A stretch of DNA of 62,102 nucleotides, counting the filler, from Choristocarpus tenellus KU-1152 (Eukaryota; Protista; Phaeophyceae): the NCBI GenBank assembly GCA_964200185.2. It is 14 parts of 14 records of this genome, joined end to end, with 100 filler letters (N's around TTAATTAATTAA, not from the genome) between each part and the next. Parts side by side here need not be neighbours in the genome. Positions count along the whole stretch, not along the records: positions 8,214 to 14,070 come from CAXNAD020009579.1; positions 14,171 to 22,459 come from CAXNAD020004896.1; positions 22,560 to 25,985 come from CAXNAD020020111.1; positions 26,086 to 28,936 come from CAXNAD020024200.1; 10 more parts are not named here. One strand, written 5' to 3'. The position numbers and the translations under genes were made by a program. Below are positions 13,263-26,189 of this stretch, piece by piece. Under the pieces are notes generated by a model that made no database searches, was not told the DNA's origin, and saw nothing but the letters and a program-made list of their open reading frames with translations. Each line of letters begins with the position of its first letter. Position 1 is the stretch's first letter.

Positions 13263-13493
13263 CATTCATCCATCAGCAATGGTGATGTAGCTAGTGCTGC
13301 AGCCGAGGCACAAAAGTGCACCCACTATGAGGGATCTTTTGAGCCTTGTAGTTCTAATCCCAACACCTTCTTGGTGGAAAGTTTTGAGTGCCTTAGTAAA
13401 GCAAGTAGAGAGTTTTCTGGGTGGGTTGGTCACCCATGCAGTAGAGGGGAGAGGAGCTGTCAAGTCTCGTTTGAGGCAAATATGATCTTTTAA
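13263..13493 (+). mobile_element. Degenerate C-terminal restriction-like endonuclease tail of a CRE/R2-type non-LTR retrotransposon
   Basis: ASAAAEAQKCTHYEGSF..FLVESFECLSKASREF resembles the AAAAExxKxxxY..FxPxxVExFG motif of RLE-clade elements. Confidence 0.5.
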
Positions 13494-13497
13494 TGCA

Positions 13498-13730
13498 CAA
13501 GTAGCTCTCTGGAGACATGTCATCGCGCGTTTCAAGCTAGAGACACTAGGAAGGTGGGTAAGAAGGCACCTAACAGATTCTTCGGATGCTTCCCTAGCTC
13601 TTCGCCCACCTTTATAGGTTAGAAGTATTGCAATTTACACATTGTGAACATCCTTGAAGGGGACACTATCGTATTGTCAGTTTTCAAGAAGCAAATATTT
13701 TTAGAAAGGTGGCTCACCATTATCGACAAC
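13498..13730 (+). repeat. Dispersed repeat family E; second copy inverted at about 28370-28680
   Basis: GAGACATGTC..TTTCAAGCT.GAGACAC..CAGATTCTT.GGATGCTTCCCTAG is shared by both contigs. Confidence 0.7.
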
Positions 13731-13731
13731 T

Positions 13732-14070
13732 AACAGCCGATTTCAAAAATTGAGGATGGAGCTTTTCATCGAGGATCGGCTTGACCCAAAATTGACTGGG
13801 ATAAAGTGTCGATATGTTTTTTTTTGTATCGAATATTGCATGAGATAGGTTCATTTCAACAAGGTCCATACCAATGACAAACTACGGTAGTACATACTAC
13901 TAATAATTCCATTTCAGTTCCGTCTCGCAAAACAAAAGGACCTAAAAAACAATTTCTACAAAAAAAAGTAGGTAGTGGGTTTTAAAAGTTCATAGTTGTG
14001 TACAAATCATCTTGTAAATATATTGAACAGGGGATTCGCAAAATTGAGGATGGCGCGGGACTATGAGGAT
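13732..14070 (+). mobile_element. TIR-like repeat family D (start AACAG..AAAATTGAGGATGG). D1 copies also at 43407-43520 and 48033-48128 (-). D2 variant at 14026-14070, 40497-40538 and 26086-26151 (-)
   Basis: Near-identical terminal 45-95 bp occur on five different contigs, always starting at AACAG. Confidence 0.75.
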
Positions 14071-14609
14071 NNNNNNNNNNNNNNNNNNNNNNNNNNNNNN
14101 NNNNNNNNNNNNNNTTAATTAATTAANNNNNNNNNNNNNNNNNNNNNNNNNNNNNNNNNNNNNNNNNNNNAGTATTTTGCTTTGTGTGGTATGGATATGT
14201 TTATTAGCGGAGTGAGCACAGCCTTCAGTGGTGGGGGGTGCTCTCTCTTATTATCTTATTGTTTATTACATATATCAGCTGACTCATCAGCTGACACATC
14301 AAAACGTGTTCTGCCGTTACATCGTACTATGTCACTTATCCTGTGTAGCTAGTACTAACTATATCAGAACTCCTACAACAGTCCATTTATATCAAGTAAT
14401 AAGAAATCACTCATCTGAGATTCGAATTCATTACTTTACACAAAAGAACAGATGTCAGTGACACTTGTTCCACTTTGCCAACATTCCTTTTATCGAGTAG
14501 TGTTCACTAAACGCGTATAAACCATATAGACTATCAGTCTATATTGCACAGTCTTGGCCAATGATTTCCGCAAGGTCTTCTGAGGGAACACCTGTGGAAA
14601 GGAGGGAGT

Positions 14610-14900
14610 GAATGGATTATCCTAAGGCCTGTATGGTGGGGCTCGTGCGGATAGCTTGTGAGAAGGACTTGCCATGAGGCCCTTGCTGCCTTGCGAGGAG
14701 GGTGGGGAGAGTAGCCACCAGTGATCCTACGAAAGTTGCACGTTGGCAGTGTTTCATAGAGGAGAGGCCTAGACCACCCGCATTTGTGGGCATTTGTGCC
14801 TGTACTTGTTGGTGGGTATCTAGGCGGAGTGACCTATTATTGTACCCTCCTTCAAAAAAATTGTAGCCTCTGTTGAGTCTTCCACCTCCATTATCCTCTC
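14610..14900 (-). mobile_element. CRE-like non-LTR retrotransposon fragment (post-RT thumb region)
   Basis: QAQMPTNAGGLGLSSMKHCQRATFVGSLVATLP. The DNA is clearly homologous to 25233-25360. Confidence 0.65.
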
Positions 14901-14903
14901 TAA

Positions 14904-17900
14904 TGTCCACCAATTATCTCCGATGCATGACAAAAGACTGACCCATCATATCGCTATGCACGTTACGACTTTGTATCGTACCAAACTAAAGATAAACATA
15001 CGTGAAACCTATGTTATATAGTATCAGCACAGACGATGTAAGACTAACACTAGGTTATTCGACATCCTCCCCTTGCTCAAAGCAAGTATTAACTCTCAAT
15101 CAATCAATCAATCATTAACAAACAAACAAAAAACAACACAAATGTTACCTTACATGTTAATTAAAAAAACTGCACATGCTGTCTAAAAACTCGAACTAGA
15201 AAATTCTTGGTCCACACATCTGCCCTCTGATTTGCTGTACCAACAAAAACAACACGAATCTCTTCCTTTCTAGCTAAGTTCCTCAGAAAATGATGTCAGA
15301 CATCAATGTTCTTTGTTTTAGTAGACCTTGTGGCATTTTGTATTAGTTTGCATGCAGCACTGTTAACCTCAAACATGTCAATGCAACGCCTAGAAAAGTG
15401 TGACTGAATAACCCCAAAAAACACTTTTCAAGAAAAACAATTCCTGTGCCACACTGCTAAGAGCTATATACTCACTCTCCGTGGAAGACAGAGCTACAAC
15501 TCTTTGTACGTTTGACATTCAAGATATTGCCCCTCCTGGAAATATTATTGCTCCTCCAGTCACTGATCTACGATCATTCCAGTCTCCATCATAACTAGGA
15601 TCTGCATACACACTCAACTCACACTCAGTATCAAAACCACAAAAACTCAATCCAACACCGTGACACATATTCAAATTTGCTAAAATACACTTCACTACAC
15701 GCCAGTGCGTGACTTTGGGATTACTAGTATACTTGGGAGCCTCATGAACTGCATTTGCAATATCAAGCCTAGTCATAATAGCTGGCCCACATCAAAATAT
15801 AATTTATACCAGCTACCAAAAGATCATCAACATGAGGGGCTATCACAGCACAAACAACCCCATCTTTTACATAGTGTAGCACACAGGGATCTGCTCAGCA
15901 ATACTTAAAAACGTACACAAACAAATTGTTAAACTCCCTGCTGGCCTGTTTGGTGCCATAACGAGCTTTTACTAAATACACAATTTTTCCTAGACGTGTA
16001 CCACATCCATCACAAAAAAGAATAAATATTTCCTTTCTGATTTCTGTTCTAGTATGAATCTGCTTCACATCCTAATGCATGAATCCTTGTCTACAGCTAG
16101 TGCCAAAAATAATCCTTGAAGATGCAGGGCATGTCATCGGGCAAAAGTATCACAGAAAATCAAAATCCTTAGTCTTATGCAAACCCTGTTACTACTAGAC
16201 ATGCCTTGTATCTCACTACCTTACCAAATCCATTTGAACTTGTGCTTGTGGATCTATTTGGTGTAAATTCGCTGCGTCTAGGGAGTAACACGGCCTCCAC
16301 TCATCTGTCATCCAAACAACAAACCAGACATCTCTTCAGAGGAACTATGTGCTGCTATTACAGTCTTGGGTTCTAGAGGGAATTCATCCGCTAACACTCT
16401 AATAGACTCATCACTCACACATATCACAAGGGTAGCTTCAACGGAAAACAGACGAAACATATCAAACAATGCAACTCTTGTAAAACAAAACAACAGCAAA
16501 ATCAAAGAAGTTTGCACAGCCACCAGGTGAAGTGCTGCAGAATGGTGACTTTCAGCGTCCAGTCTCTACTTCCTGAACTCTCACCAATCCAGACCTCCAT
16601 CCAAAACATTAAATGGTCTATCTCATACTCCCCTTGTTCTCTCGATTAGTCCAGGATATCCTATTCTCATCACCCCCCAGCTCTTGGACTGAGAGTAGAG
16701 ATATGATGTGTCTTCTAGTCCTCGGGGATATGAAGGGAAATATGCAGATAACAACAAATAAAATCAACGAAACTATCTTGTCTTTATCCTTCAAGCAGAG
16801 TATAGAGAGAGATGATTGAAAGCTATTTTTCGGACAAATATGTCACAGACGCCGAAGTAACATGCACCCACTTATCGCGGCCAACAGTGAAATTCCAATC
16901 AATCTTGCCATACCCTACAATGGGTAGTGATGTGCCATCAGCCACGGTCATGTTGTGGCCTTTTGGATATGTGGTGAAGTCATGCATGTAAGTCGAGTCT
17001 TTTGTCACACTATTGGAAGCCCCCGAATCAAAACACCATGTTTCTAAAACATTCAATCTCACCTTACCATTGTCAGCCACATCAGCTAACATAATCTTGT
17101 ACTTCCATCACACCCTAGCTGGTTCACCTGGTTCAGCTAGTATTCCCGTTGACTTTGACGGGCTTGCCCTCCTCTAGGGGTCACACAGCTAACAGGTGGC
17201 CATTCTTCCCGCAGCTGTAACACGGTCCTCCAAACGTACAAGAACCGAAATGTCTGACCAATACACTTGGTCAACCCCCTGGCACGGGATCCTGTTGTGC
17301 CAGGGTCTGTACGGAGACTAGTCGTACCTTGACCGCCTCCTCAGCTGACACGTTTTTGGCTCCTTGTCGAGCTCGTAGTCCCTACAGTGAGAGCGCTCCC
17401 AGGCTCTCCACCATCTGCTACCTCTTGTTGCAGAGAGAAATAGCACAAACGAGAGCTTGCTGAATCTTAGCTCTCATACGCCCACTCTTATTATGATGCT
17501 GAAGGTATTTTTTGGTTATCTGGTAGTCATTGTCCAAACAATCTAACATGGCAATTTGAAGCACCTGTTCGGACATCATATGCCCCATCATCGTCATCTG
17601 GCCAACCCAGTTCAACATTGTCGTAAAAGTGATTTGGGGGTCGGACCCCCGTGGCATGTTGAAGGTCATCACCTTCTTTTGAAGCCTTGCTATTTCCTTG
17701 TCTGAATGGATTAGGAAATGTTCCCGTAGCTGTTGCCAAGGTCCTGAGGTGACCCTGCATTGCGGACAATGCACCTGTAAAAACCGCTGGTACTTTTCAG
17801 TAGGACGTCATATGCCCATTTGGTCTTGGTGACTTCTTCTTCATCAACATTCTCCCCCTTGATGAAATCTATGTCACCTACCCTGATGGGTTCCTCCCTG

Positions 17901-18364
17901 ACCTCTAGTGCCTCATCAATATCGCCTTTTGCACCCAAAAATGCACGGGTTATGGCAAACCAATTGGCATATTTATCATCCATGACTCTGAAGGAGTTTG
18001 GTGTGAAACCCATTAGAAGCCATGAGTGATGTAATACCCTCAAACCAAACCAATCTGGCTTCGCCTCCCCTAGCTAGAGTTTGGATTAGGCGCTTAAGTG
18101 TGTTGAAGAGCTTGGTGCATGAAAGGCTTGTCGCCAAAAGCTAGTAGTTGAGTTACATGGTAAAACATACACTGAATATTAATTATCCACTGGGCCTTTG
18201 TCTTATTCATCAATTATCTCTGACGTATGAGCAAAGACTGGCCCATCATATCACTATGCACGTTACTACTTTGTATAGTACCAAACTAAAGATAAACATA
18301 CATGAAACCTATGCTATATACTTGTATCAGCACAGGCAAAGTCAGGATAAAACTAGGTTCGACA
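14904..18364 (-). mobile_element. Decayed Ty1/Copia LTR retrotransposon; LTRs about 14904-15064 and 18199-18364
   Basis: Diverged direct LTRs start TGTCGAA on the minus strand, with PPT GCAAGGGGAGGA next to the 3' LTR. Internal remnants: gag (17418-18043), zinc knuckle CYSCGKNGH, protease WCFDSGAS, RT (TRLDIANAV, YADPSY..DRRSVTG) and RNase H (LSSTESEYIAL). Many stops/frameshifts; no recognisable integrase core. Confidence 0.92.
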
Positions 18365-18594
18365 GAGACAAGAGACTGCTATGATTTGTATTTCTAGCCT
18401 TGAGCAGGTTTGTGTCTTACTTTATAATATTTTGCTTAACTTTAGACATGGCTTTTTGGGAAACCCCTCGATCAAGAGGTGAAATAAGATGGGAGTTTGC
18501 TTGATATAAGAGAGAATTGGCAGGAAAACGACGAAACCTATCTTATAGCCTCAAACGTCGTAACAAGGCAGTTCACCCTCTCTTATATAGGTGC

Positions 18595-18822
18595 ACCGAC
18601 AGTATTTCATGTACATGAATAATCAGTATTACCTGTATATAAATGTGTTACATGTGCATAAACAGTATTACATGTACATCAACAAACAGTATTACATGTA
18701 TATCAATAAACAGTATTACGTGTACATCAATTAACAGTATTACCTCTAGATAAATTACAGTGTAAAATGTAAGTAAACAGTATTACGTGTACATAAATAA
18801 ACAATACGCATACATAGTGTAC
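18595..18822. repeat. Degenerate minisatellite, about 24-bp unit AAACAGTATTACATGTACATCAAT
   Basis: About 8 imperfect tandem copies are visible. Confidence 0.8.
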
Positions 18823-21052
18823 AGAATCCTTGTGGGGACCACTTCGCAGAAGTATTCCATGTCCACTCCCACAAGATTTTTTTCAGGTACAATGGTGTAG
18901 AAAGAAACGCGTAAGAGAACACAGCAAATGACACAAGTGAGCTGGTGTTGCATGCAAAACAGAAAAGGGCAAGGTCTTTGATGAGTCAAAGTAAACAAGG
19001 GATATGTTAGCACTAAAAAGGTCTAGAAACAAGGGAAGAATGTGAAAAAGGAGTCGGTCAGGACACACCTGACTGACCAACCTGGTGCATGGCTACTTGT
19101 GTTCTTGTGGCTACTGACACAACCTGTTCTGCACACCCCTTCACAGTCCCCTGGGCACCCCTGCCCCTCTACCACCATTCACCACATGCGTTCCTAGCTT
19201 GTTCAATAATTATTATGCACTCGTCATTACAATTACTGTGGCATATCCCACCTCTAACTGGGTCTAACCGATCACCACTAAAACACATTGCATGTGTCCT
19301 CACCATCTCATTTTTTTTAAATCCCCAAGATTCTGATACCCTATGCTCTGTTGTAGGCTTATAAAGGCAATCTGGATGGGGTCTAATACTAGCCTCCTAC
19401 CACTCACACTTCCACCTGTACCTCCATTCACCCCCAGGCCCTTTGAATCATCAGCAGACAAACCTACCAGACAACAATAATAGTGAGATGGCAAGCATTG
19501 CATGGAACCCATCTAGCAAGCTCCACATTTGTGAAATACTTTCCTCCCCACATGGTCATCCTTGACACCATTGAACCACCTTGCATACTTCCAAACATTG
19601 TGATCGAAAAAACCCGATCTCCTACACTTACATGCGTTCCAATTATTGTTACTACATAACATTATCAGTCCATTGAATGGTTGAAGGTACAATAGCTAAC
19701 ACTGTATCTACCTTCAGTACTGCCACACCCGCCTTGGCTCTCCTATGTTAGGTTCTCCCTTCCCAATAATTATCAACTCTGACTCCTCCTTCAAAGTTTA
19801 GGTGCCTACTCAACTGTTAGTACCACCCGATGTAACACCTTCACTGCTTGCTCTTTCTGCACTCCTCAAGCACGTTTCAGCCAAAATCTGTGCCAGTTGA
19901 TGTGCTTGCCACATGGAAAAAAGAAACATTTGTATGAAATGAAAACCTCGAATCATGTGCGACTTGAGCTCATAGACACCTTTGTAGAATTATTGCGGTA
20001 GATCTCAACCTCTGAACTATAAGGACCCTCATATCAATTATGGTGGACTCTAGACCAGCTCCAGCCATCTTATTGCAATTGCATTTGATTATATGGTGAT
20101 ACAGTGAGAATTCCAGAGAAAAGTTCCAAGGGGACTCTTTTTGAAATGGCTTGCAAACTCAGTGTCCTGGATGTTTTCACACTCCCAAGACAAGAAACCC
20201 TTGCCAAATCAAAGGCATGCTGTGCAAATAAAAAAAAACTTTAGTTACAGGTAGGGCAAATGCCATCACACAGGCACACATTTAGCACATCAAGTATTAA
20301 ACACCAGTTTGAATGCGGTGAGAGAACACTTAAATATTTACAGAGTCAATACATGTGCTTTTAAAAAAAAAGGATATTCAGCCATCAAGTGCTATTACCA
20401 GTTGCATGTACCAAGGTTTGACTCAAAAGCTTTGAGGGTTTCACTTATACAGGACAATGGCAAGAATATTCAGAGAAACATACACATGTCTAAATCCAAA
20501 GAAAAAAAATACAAAGGATCACATGGGAAATGGAGCAAGAACCCTACCCGAGAAGAGCTACATATGAGTAACACTTGAGATCAAATATTGGCTAAAATGT
20601 TTCAGTAATCTACTTGTACTCTGGAAAACTGAACTTATCACAAAGTGTTTTACAACCTGTGGGAACAAATAGCATCACCCAGAAGAAGACTGCACAGGAA
20701 ACAAGGCAGGATAGGCGATTATTGGTCAGAAGGGATATCTGCAGGAAGCTTCGTGTGGGTCACTAAATGTGCACGATTCCTTCGTTATCTTTCACATGGT
20801 GCAGTGGTTTCTCTTCTGCACAGATGATGCGGAAATCATACTTGATGCCGACTGGCATGATCCAATGGGTGTGAAATTGTAGCAATTTGCAGGTTAACTA
20901 ACTATCCCAATTGGGATCTGTCTCGAGCAGGACTCCTGTACCTTCCCATCGAAATTGTGTCCTATATGTAGAGCCTTGACGCAATCCAATCTGGGTCCCG
21001 CGATGAGGTATTCCCTATTCTAGAATTCTACGAAGATTTCACTAGTTGACTG

Positions 21053-21686
21053 CTACTTTGGTGGCCCTTCCTCATCTGGTCGGGGTATCCTTCTCAGCTC
21101 ATAGTCTTCCGAGAAAATTTTCATGGTACGGCGATGTTCCTGAGAAAGTGCAGGTTGGGTCTTCTGTGAGTTATGGAATTAATGTGGTCAATCGACCTGC
21201 ACTTGAGGAGGCTGAGAAGGTGTGGGAACTATATGTGGTATTCCGCCAATCTCACCTCTTCAAGGTTGAACTCTCTTATGCTCTTGCTTCGACCTCGCAA
21301 ATCTTTCGCTTCGACTTGCCCTGACACAAACTGCGCAAATGCGAGAAAATGTATCACTGGACGGACGGTCATAGACGGTGCTGATGGTATGGGAATGTCT
21401 CACATTTTCGACACCATCTCGCTTACTCTTCGACCATTTATTCACCCCTTACAAGAAACTGACTGGGTTGACAAGATTGTGGTAGAAAATGAGAACGAAG
21501 TCTAGATATAATGTGCACACCCGATCTTCTGCCTTCCCGTCTTCAAGTGAAAGGGAGAATCGTGTATCAGAGTGTGCTCGATGATATTGCTGTGCTTACC
21601 TGAGAAAGAACGTAAGAGCCGCCTACGATGAAGGCAAGTAGCGGCATACCAGCCTTCAAGAAAGGATTGGCACCTCTTGAACCCAT
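21053..21686 (-). CDS. COX16: Cytochrome c oxidase assembly factor COX16, complete 82 aa; exons 21686-21600, 21330-21256, 21139-21053
   Basis: Three phase-0 exons give MGSRGANPFLKAGMPLLAFIVGGSYVLSQ|FVSGQVEAKDLRGRSKSIREFNLEE|EHRRTMKIFSEDYELRRIPRPDEEGPPK*. This has the COX16 features: PFLxxGxP..VGGS TM helix, LEEE, and DYExxRIPRP. Confidence 0.9.
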
Positions 21687-21963
21687 CCTTTTCCTTCCCC
21701 GCCAACCCTTCCGTGTCCTGTTTCCAGTTCTACGTGATTGATTGATACAATGAAAGGCGAACATCCATCTTTGTCCTACCGACTAAATTATGGGGGGTGG
21801 AGCAGTCGGTGATGGAAACGGTCGGTACATGTAACCCCAAGATCGCTTATCATGAACTATTCCACGATAGAACGACCCACAAGTTCACTTTCCACCCGTT
21901 CTGACTGGAGGATGATCTTTTTGATTAAGCAGTGCATACCCTGTGTGTAAAGGTTCCTCATGC

Positions 21964-22367
21964 ATGGTCTCTCCTTTGTACAGTATTGCGTTACTTGCGC
22001 TGTGTTGTGGACTTTTCAACAACACCAAAGGCATAAGCCCAACAAGAAATGATAAGATACCAGGAGGCAGTACGAGACCAGAGGAATACTATGCGGAGGA
22101 ATCGAAACTTGATGATGAGGCAGAAAGAAGGGTTCTCAATGATCGCACGGAAGAATGCCTGACAAGGAGGATTATCAATGAATATGAGGGACAAGGTTCG
22201 CGAGCGGCATTCTGTTCGTCGATGTGCGATAAGCTGAAGCAGGGACTAGACACATCGGCCCTGTGCGACAAATACGTTCGCACATTGCCACGGCCCAGGC
22301 TGGGTAGAACATGCAAGAGGGCATTAGGTGATGGCTTCGATCTAGCATGTCCAGTCTCATGCTGGAG
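21964..22367 (+). CDS. First exon of a putative secreted Cys-rich protein
   Basis: Hydrophobic N-terminus MVSPLYSIALLALCCG; Cys pattern C..CSSMC..CDKYVRTLPRPRLGRTC..GFDLACPVSCW; GT donor at 22368. Confidence 0.65.
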
Positions 22368-23822
22368 GTGCGTGTTGCCATATTTTCTCCCTTTAATGTT
22401 ACTGTCAAGTCCCACAACGACGAAGTAGTTACATACCCTAGACTCAAAGTATCTGGGGGNNNNNNNNNNNNNNNNNNNNNNNNNNNNNNNNNNNNNNNNN
22501 NNNTTAATTAATTAANNNNNNNNNNNNNNNNNNNNNNNNNNNNNNNNNNNNNNNNNNNNATCAAACCCTGAATGAACAACCTGGCCTAAACACCCCCCCC
22601 CCCCTCAAAGATACTATGAGCCTTTGTGTTGAATCGTTTCCTCTCTGTCTTCTGCTCATCAACTGTGTGAGGTGGGTTATAGTGATGGAGGAGGGCTCCA
22701 GGGTCAAAAACTGTACCAAGTCTTTGGATTGATCGTTCCTGAACAGGTCACTGACCAGTGCAATCTTTCCCACTGATCAGTGATCTAGCCAGGGGAGGAA
22801 TAGGTAGCAACTCCTACCAATGCAGTTCGAACTCTCTGTTTCCTCCAGACCTTCCTTCAACATTCCCTCAAGAACGCAGCACGTAATCTGCTTTGATGTA
22901 TCTTGACCTTAAGGAGATGATACAAACAGGAATGCTGTCATTACATGAGTTCAGCAAGGCAAAGGTGGTGAGCTGAGATGAAGATATTCACCAACGAAGA
23001 GAAGGCCCCCTTTTCCACAAGCATAATATTTTCTGCTCATTACCATTTTTGGTTTGTAGCAACCATCTTTACACTTAACTGTTACTCCTCATGACTGTGT
23101 ACTTCCTACCTACCTGAATCAAATGCACTGTTTGGACTGAAGATGGACTCTGCTTGTTGGATCATTATGAGTGATGGCAACATGTTGACACATAACCCTT
23201 ACAAGAGTATCAGTGAGAGAACATAGTGTTCTCCGAGTCTTGCACTCCCAACTTGCAGTGTCCTTTATTTGAGAGCTAGATCTGAAATAATCCAGGTTCT
23301 GGAGTCAGTGAAGACTCTTGCAGCTGCAGGACACCCCGAAGTGGAAAATGTAGATGGAATGCATGAAGGGAGGTTCTTAGTGCATTTAGAAGTAGGAACA
23401 CAATGGCCTTCCTCTTTGCAACTTGTTCTTGAGTTATGCCAGTATTATACTCAGAGTAGGTACTAGTAGTAGCTAAGTTGATGTGGTTCATGCATGTAGG
23501 AAAAGCAGCATATCAACTAGTTAATGGAATGGACAGTTTCATATTACGTCGAATCAGTATGATGCACTTACTCTGCAACATTTATTCACCGCTCGTTATT
23601 ATTGGTGGTATTATTGTCGCTCAATCGCAGTATTAACCTTAGGAGTAGTCATGAATCATTAGACTGTGAGAAACGATCCACAGTAAGATAATGATGGCAA
23701 TAACAAGACATTAAACTGGCTTTGCTGAAGCGGGAGACTTGGCTTCCTGAACAAAGCATGCAAATAGAACGCCATACCAAGCTCGAGAGGTAGGCACATG
23801 TTGAGAAAATATATAAAGATAA

Positions 23823-24915
23823 CTATAGAATAGAACAGCTAGTTGCAGATATGACATTTAAGCCAGTTGGATCCCTCTGGTATACAGTCACTCTTACTTG
23901 GTATCTTCTAATTGTTGAGTCGCTCCTGTCACTGATATTTCTGCCTGAGAGGGAGCATATCAGATTGATATATGTGCACTGATTTCGTCGACGAATGGAC
24001 AAGGGTTGAGCCTTTTCAAACTCAAGTGTACTAAGGACATGATAAAGAGTTCTATTGTCATCCACTCTCCCCACAATTACATCAAAATCACATCCTAGGG
24101 TTCGTGAGGAGTCAGGGTGTATGTCTAAAGGAGGCAGCAAGATACGAATACAAGGTAGGCGTAGATTGGGTGGGATCCAACCTTCCTAAGTTCTTAAGGT
24201 CTTTTGTGAGGGCAAGGGGCACGACCTGTTTTCAGAATGACCCGTCGGGTGGCGTTGTTGCTCTGATCTCCGTCATAGTTGGTGACCTGAAATGTGATAT
24301 TCTTCGTGTCGACATCTGGGTCATCGAAGATACGGTATGTTGAAGGCGCCAGGTACCAAACTGATCTAAGAGCATCTTGATACTCCTGTTTCGGGTGGGA
24401 AGTTCGTTGCAGGCTGGATGGAGGAGGAAAGATATTTATTACTCTGCAGCAATAGAATCTTACTATTCAGAGGGCAATTTCCTTGTTATCGAGACTTGAA
24501 CGCAAGGCAGCATTACCACCTTAATGCGATGCAGTCCCGAACTTACCGTCAACGTCGCGTTGCCCGCTATACGCATCTCCCCAACATCAGAATCGAAGAC
24601 CCCAGTGAGCGAAGAAGTGTCCGTGAACTCGATCTCACCAAGCTCAGTGTTGGAAGATGTCGCCACTATTGACACTTTGGCAGACGAGAGGTAGTTATTG
24701 TGCGAGGCCCCTGTCTGAGAGATAGCTAGACTCCAAGTCACTTTTACTGGAGTATCATCAGGATAAGCCCCACCGACAGCGCTCCTACCCTTATAGTACA
24801 TGTACTGTAACGACTCGCTCTCAATGGATGTCAAAGTAGGTTCTGCGCCAGAGTCCTGAAGTCGGATCATCAGAGCGAATAGAACTGACAGCAATGTAAC
24901 AAGGGCAGCTGCCAT
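23823..24915 (-). CDS. Secreted protein with a cadherin-like/adhesin-type beta repeat; exons 24915-24547, 24385-about 24226, possible third exon about 24125-23823
   Basis: Signal peptide MAAALVTLLSVLFALMI. Spliced sequence LSSAKVSI..LTGVFDSDVGEMRIAGNATLT|EYQDALRSVWY..TKNITFQVTNYDGDQSNNATRRV. Confidence 0.7.
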
Positions 24916-25232
24916 GGTTGGTTATTATTCAGTCCTCGAAAAGAGTACTCAGATCAGCATAATAGGAGGGGAGCATAAAGTTCGAGTCGAAGACTTCGTT
25001 GTATGGAGTCTTCTTTATCAGCGCTTGGACAATCAGTTTTGGATAATAAAAAAGCAGGGACTTGGACCGTTCAGAACAGGAAAATAGAAAATATTGTTTT
25101 GTAAGAACCAGTAACTAATGGTAATTTTCTTGGTACTCTAAAACACTACGATTTTAGCGAGTGTGAGAGGTAGGAACGATTGGTAACCATTTTTGATGCT
25201 ATCATAGAGGCGTTATAAACAGTAGTGATGTG

Positions 25233-25985
25233 CGGGGGGCTTAGGCCTCACCTCTATAAAACACTGCCAACACGCAGCATTCGTAGGATCACTAGTGGCC
25301 ACTCTCTCCACCTTCCTAGCAAGGCAGCAAGGGCCTTATGGCGAGTCCTTCTCACAAGGTGTTTGGGCGAGCCCACAGTACGGGCTTGAGGATCGTTCAT
25401 CCACACCCTCCTCACTACATATGCCCCCTCAGAAGACCTGACGGAAATCATTGACCAAGACTAGGTAACCTGGGGGGGAACAACATCCCCACAGCTGCCC
25501 TGGAGGTCACATTCTGGCAGCTCATGACGTCAGGATCACAAGGAGGGCTCAACACGAGATCACTTGCCTCCTGAGCAGGATTTGTTTTGATTCCTTCCGG
25601 ACACAACTAGCCAGCCTTCCAAATGAAGTACAACAGGGGAAGGAAAGCTCCTCACTAGCTCGAACACGCCATCGGAGCCAGTGTAGACAAGGGGCAAATG
25701 CATGGACCTCAACACAACTCCTGGAGCCGGCATGCCAGATCCCTCCCACAGAATTCAAGCTCACTGCGAGCGGATCCCTACGGAGGGAGGAGGCCCTTTC
25801 AAACAGGTGCCCAGTGACTGGGTGCAGGAGGTAAAATGTCGACACTAGACATGCCCGTGCCTGCCCCAGGGCAGGGGTGCAGGAGGTAAAATGTCGACAC
25901 TAGACATGCCCGTGCCTGCCCCAGGGCAGGGGGCCAGGTGCGACAAAACACCCCTATGATGAAACGTCTCAGCCAACTATGCAAG
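25233..25985 (+). mobile_element. 5'-truncated CRE/R2-type non-LTR retrotransposon relic with CCHC finger; internal 55-bp tandem duplication at 25820-25930
   Basis: AGGLGLTSIKHCQHAAFVGSLVATL..RHRSQCRQGANAWT..RCPVTGCRR*NVDTRHARAC. Homologous to 14610-14900. Confidence 0.7.
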
Positions 25986-26189
25986 NNNNNNNNNNNNNNN
26001 NNNNNNNNNNNNNNNNNNNNNNNNNNNNNTTAATTAATTAANNNNNNNNNNNNNNNNNNNNNNNNNNNNNNNNNNNNNNNNNNNNGACCGTTTTCGCAGA
26101 ACAACCATCCTCATAGTCCCGCTCCATCCTCAATTTTGCGAATCCACTGTTACTTGAAGTTGGAAGCAGAGTCAAGGAAAAAAAGTAGG

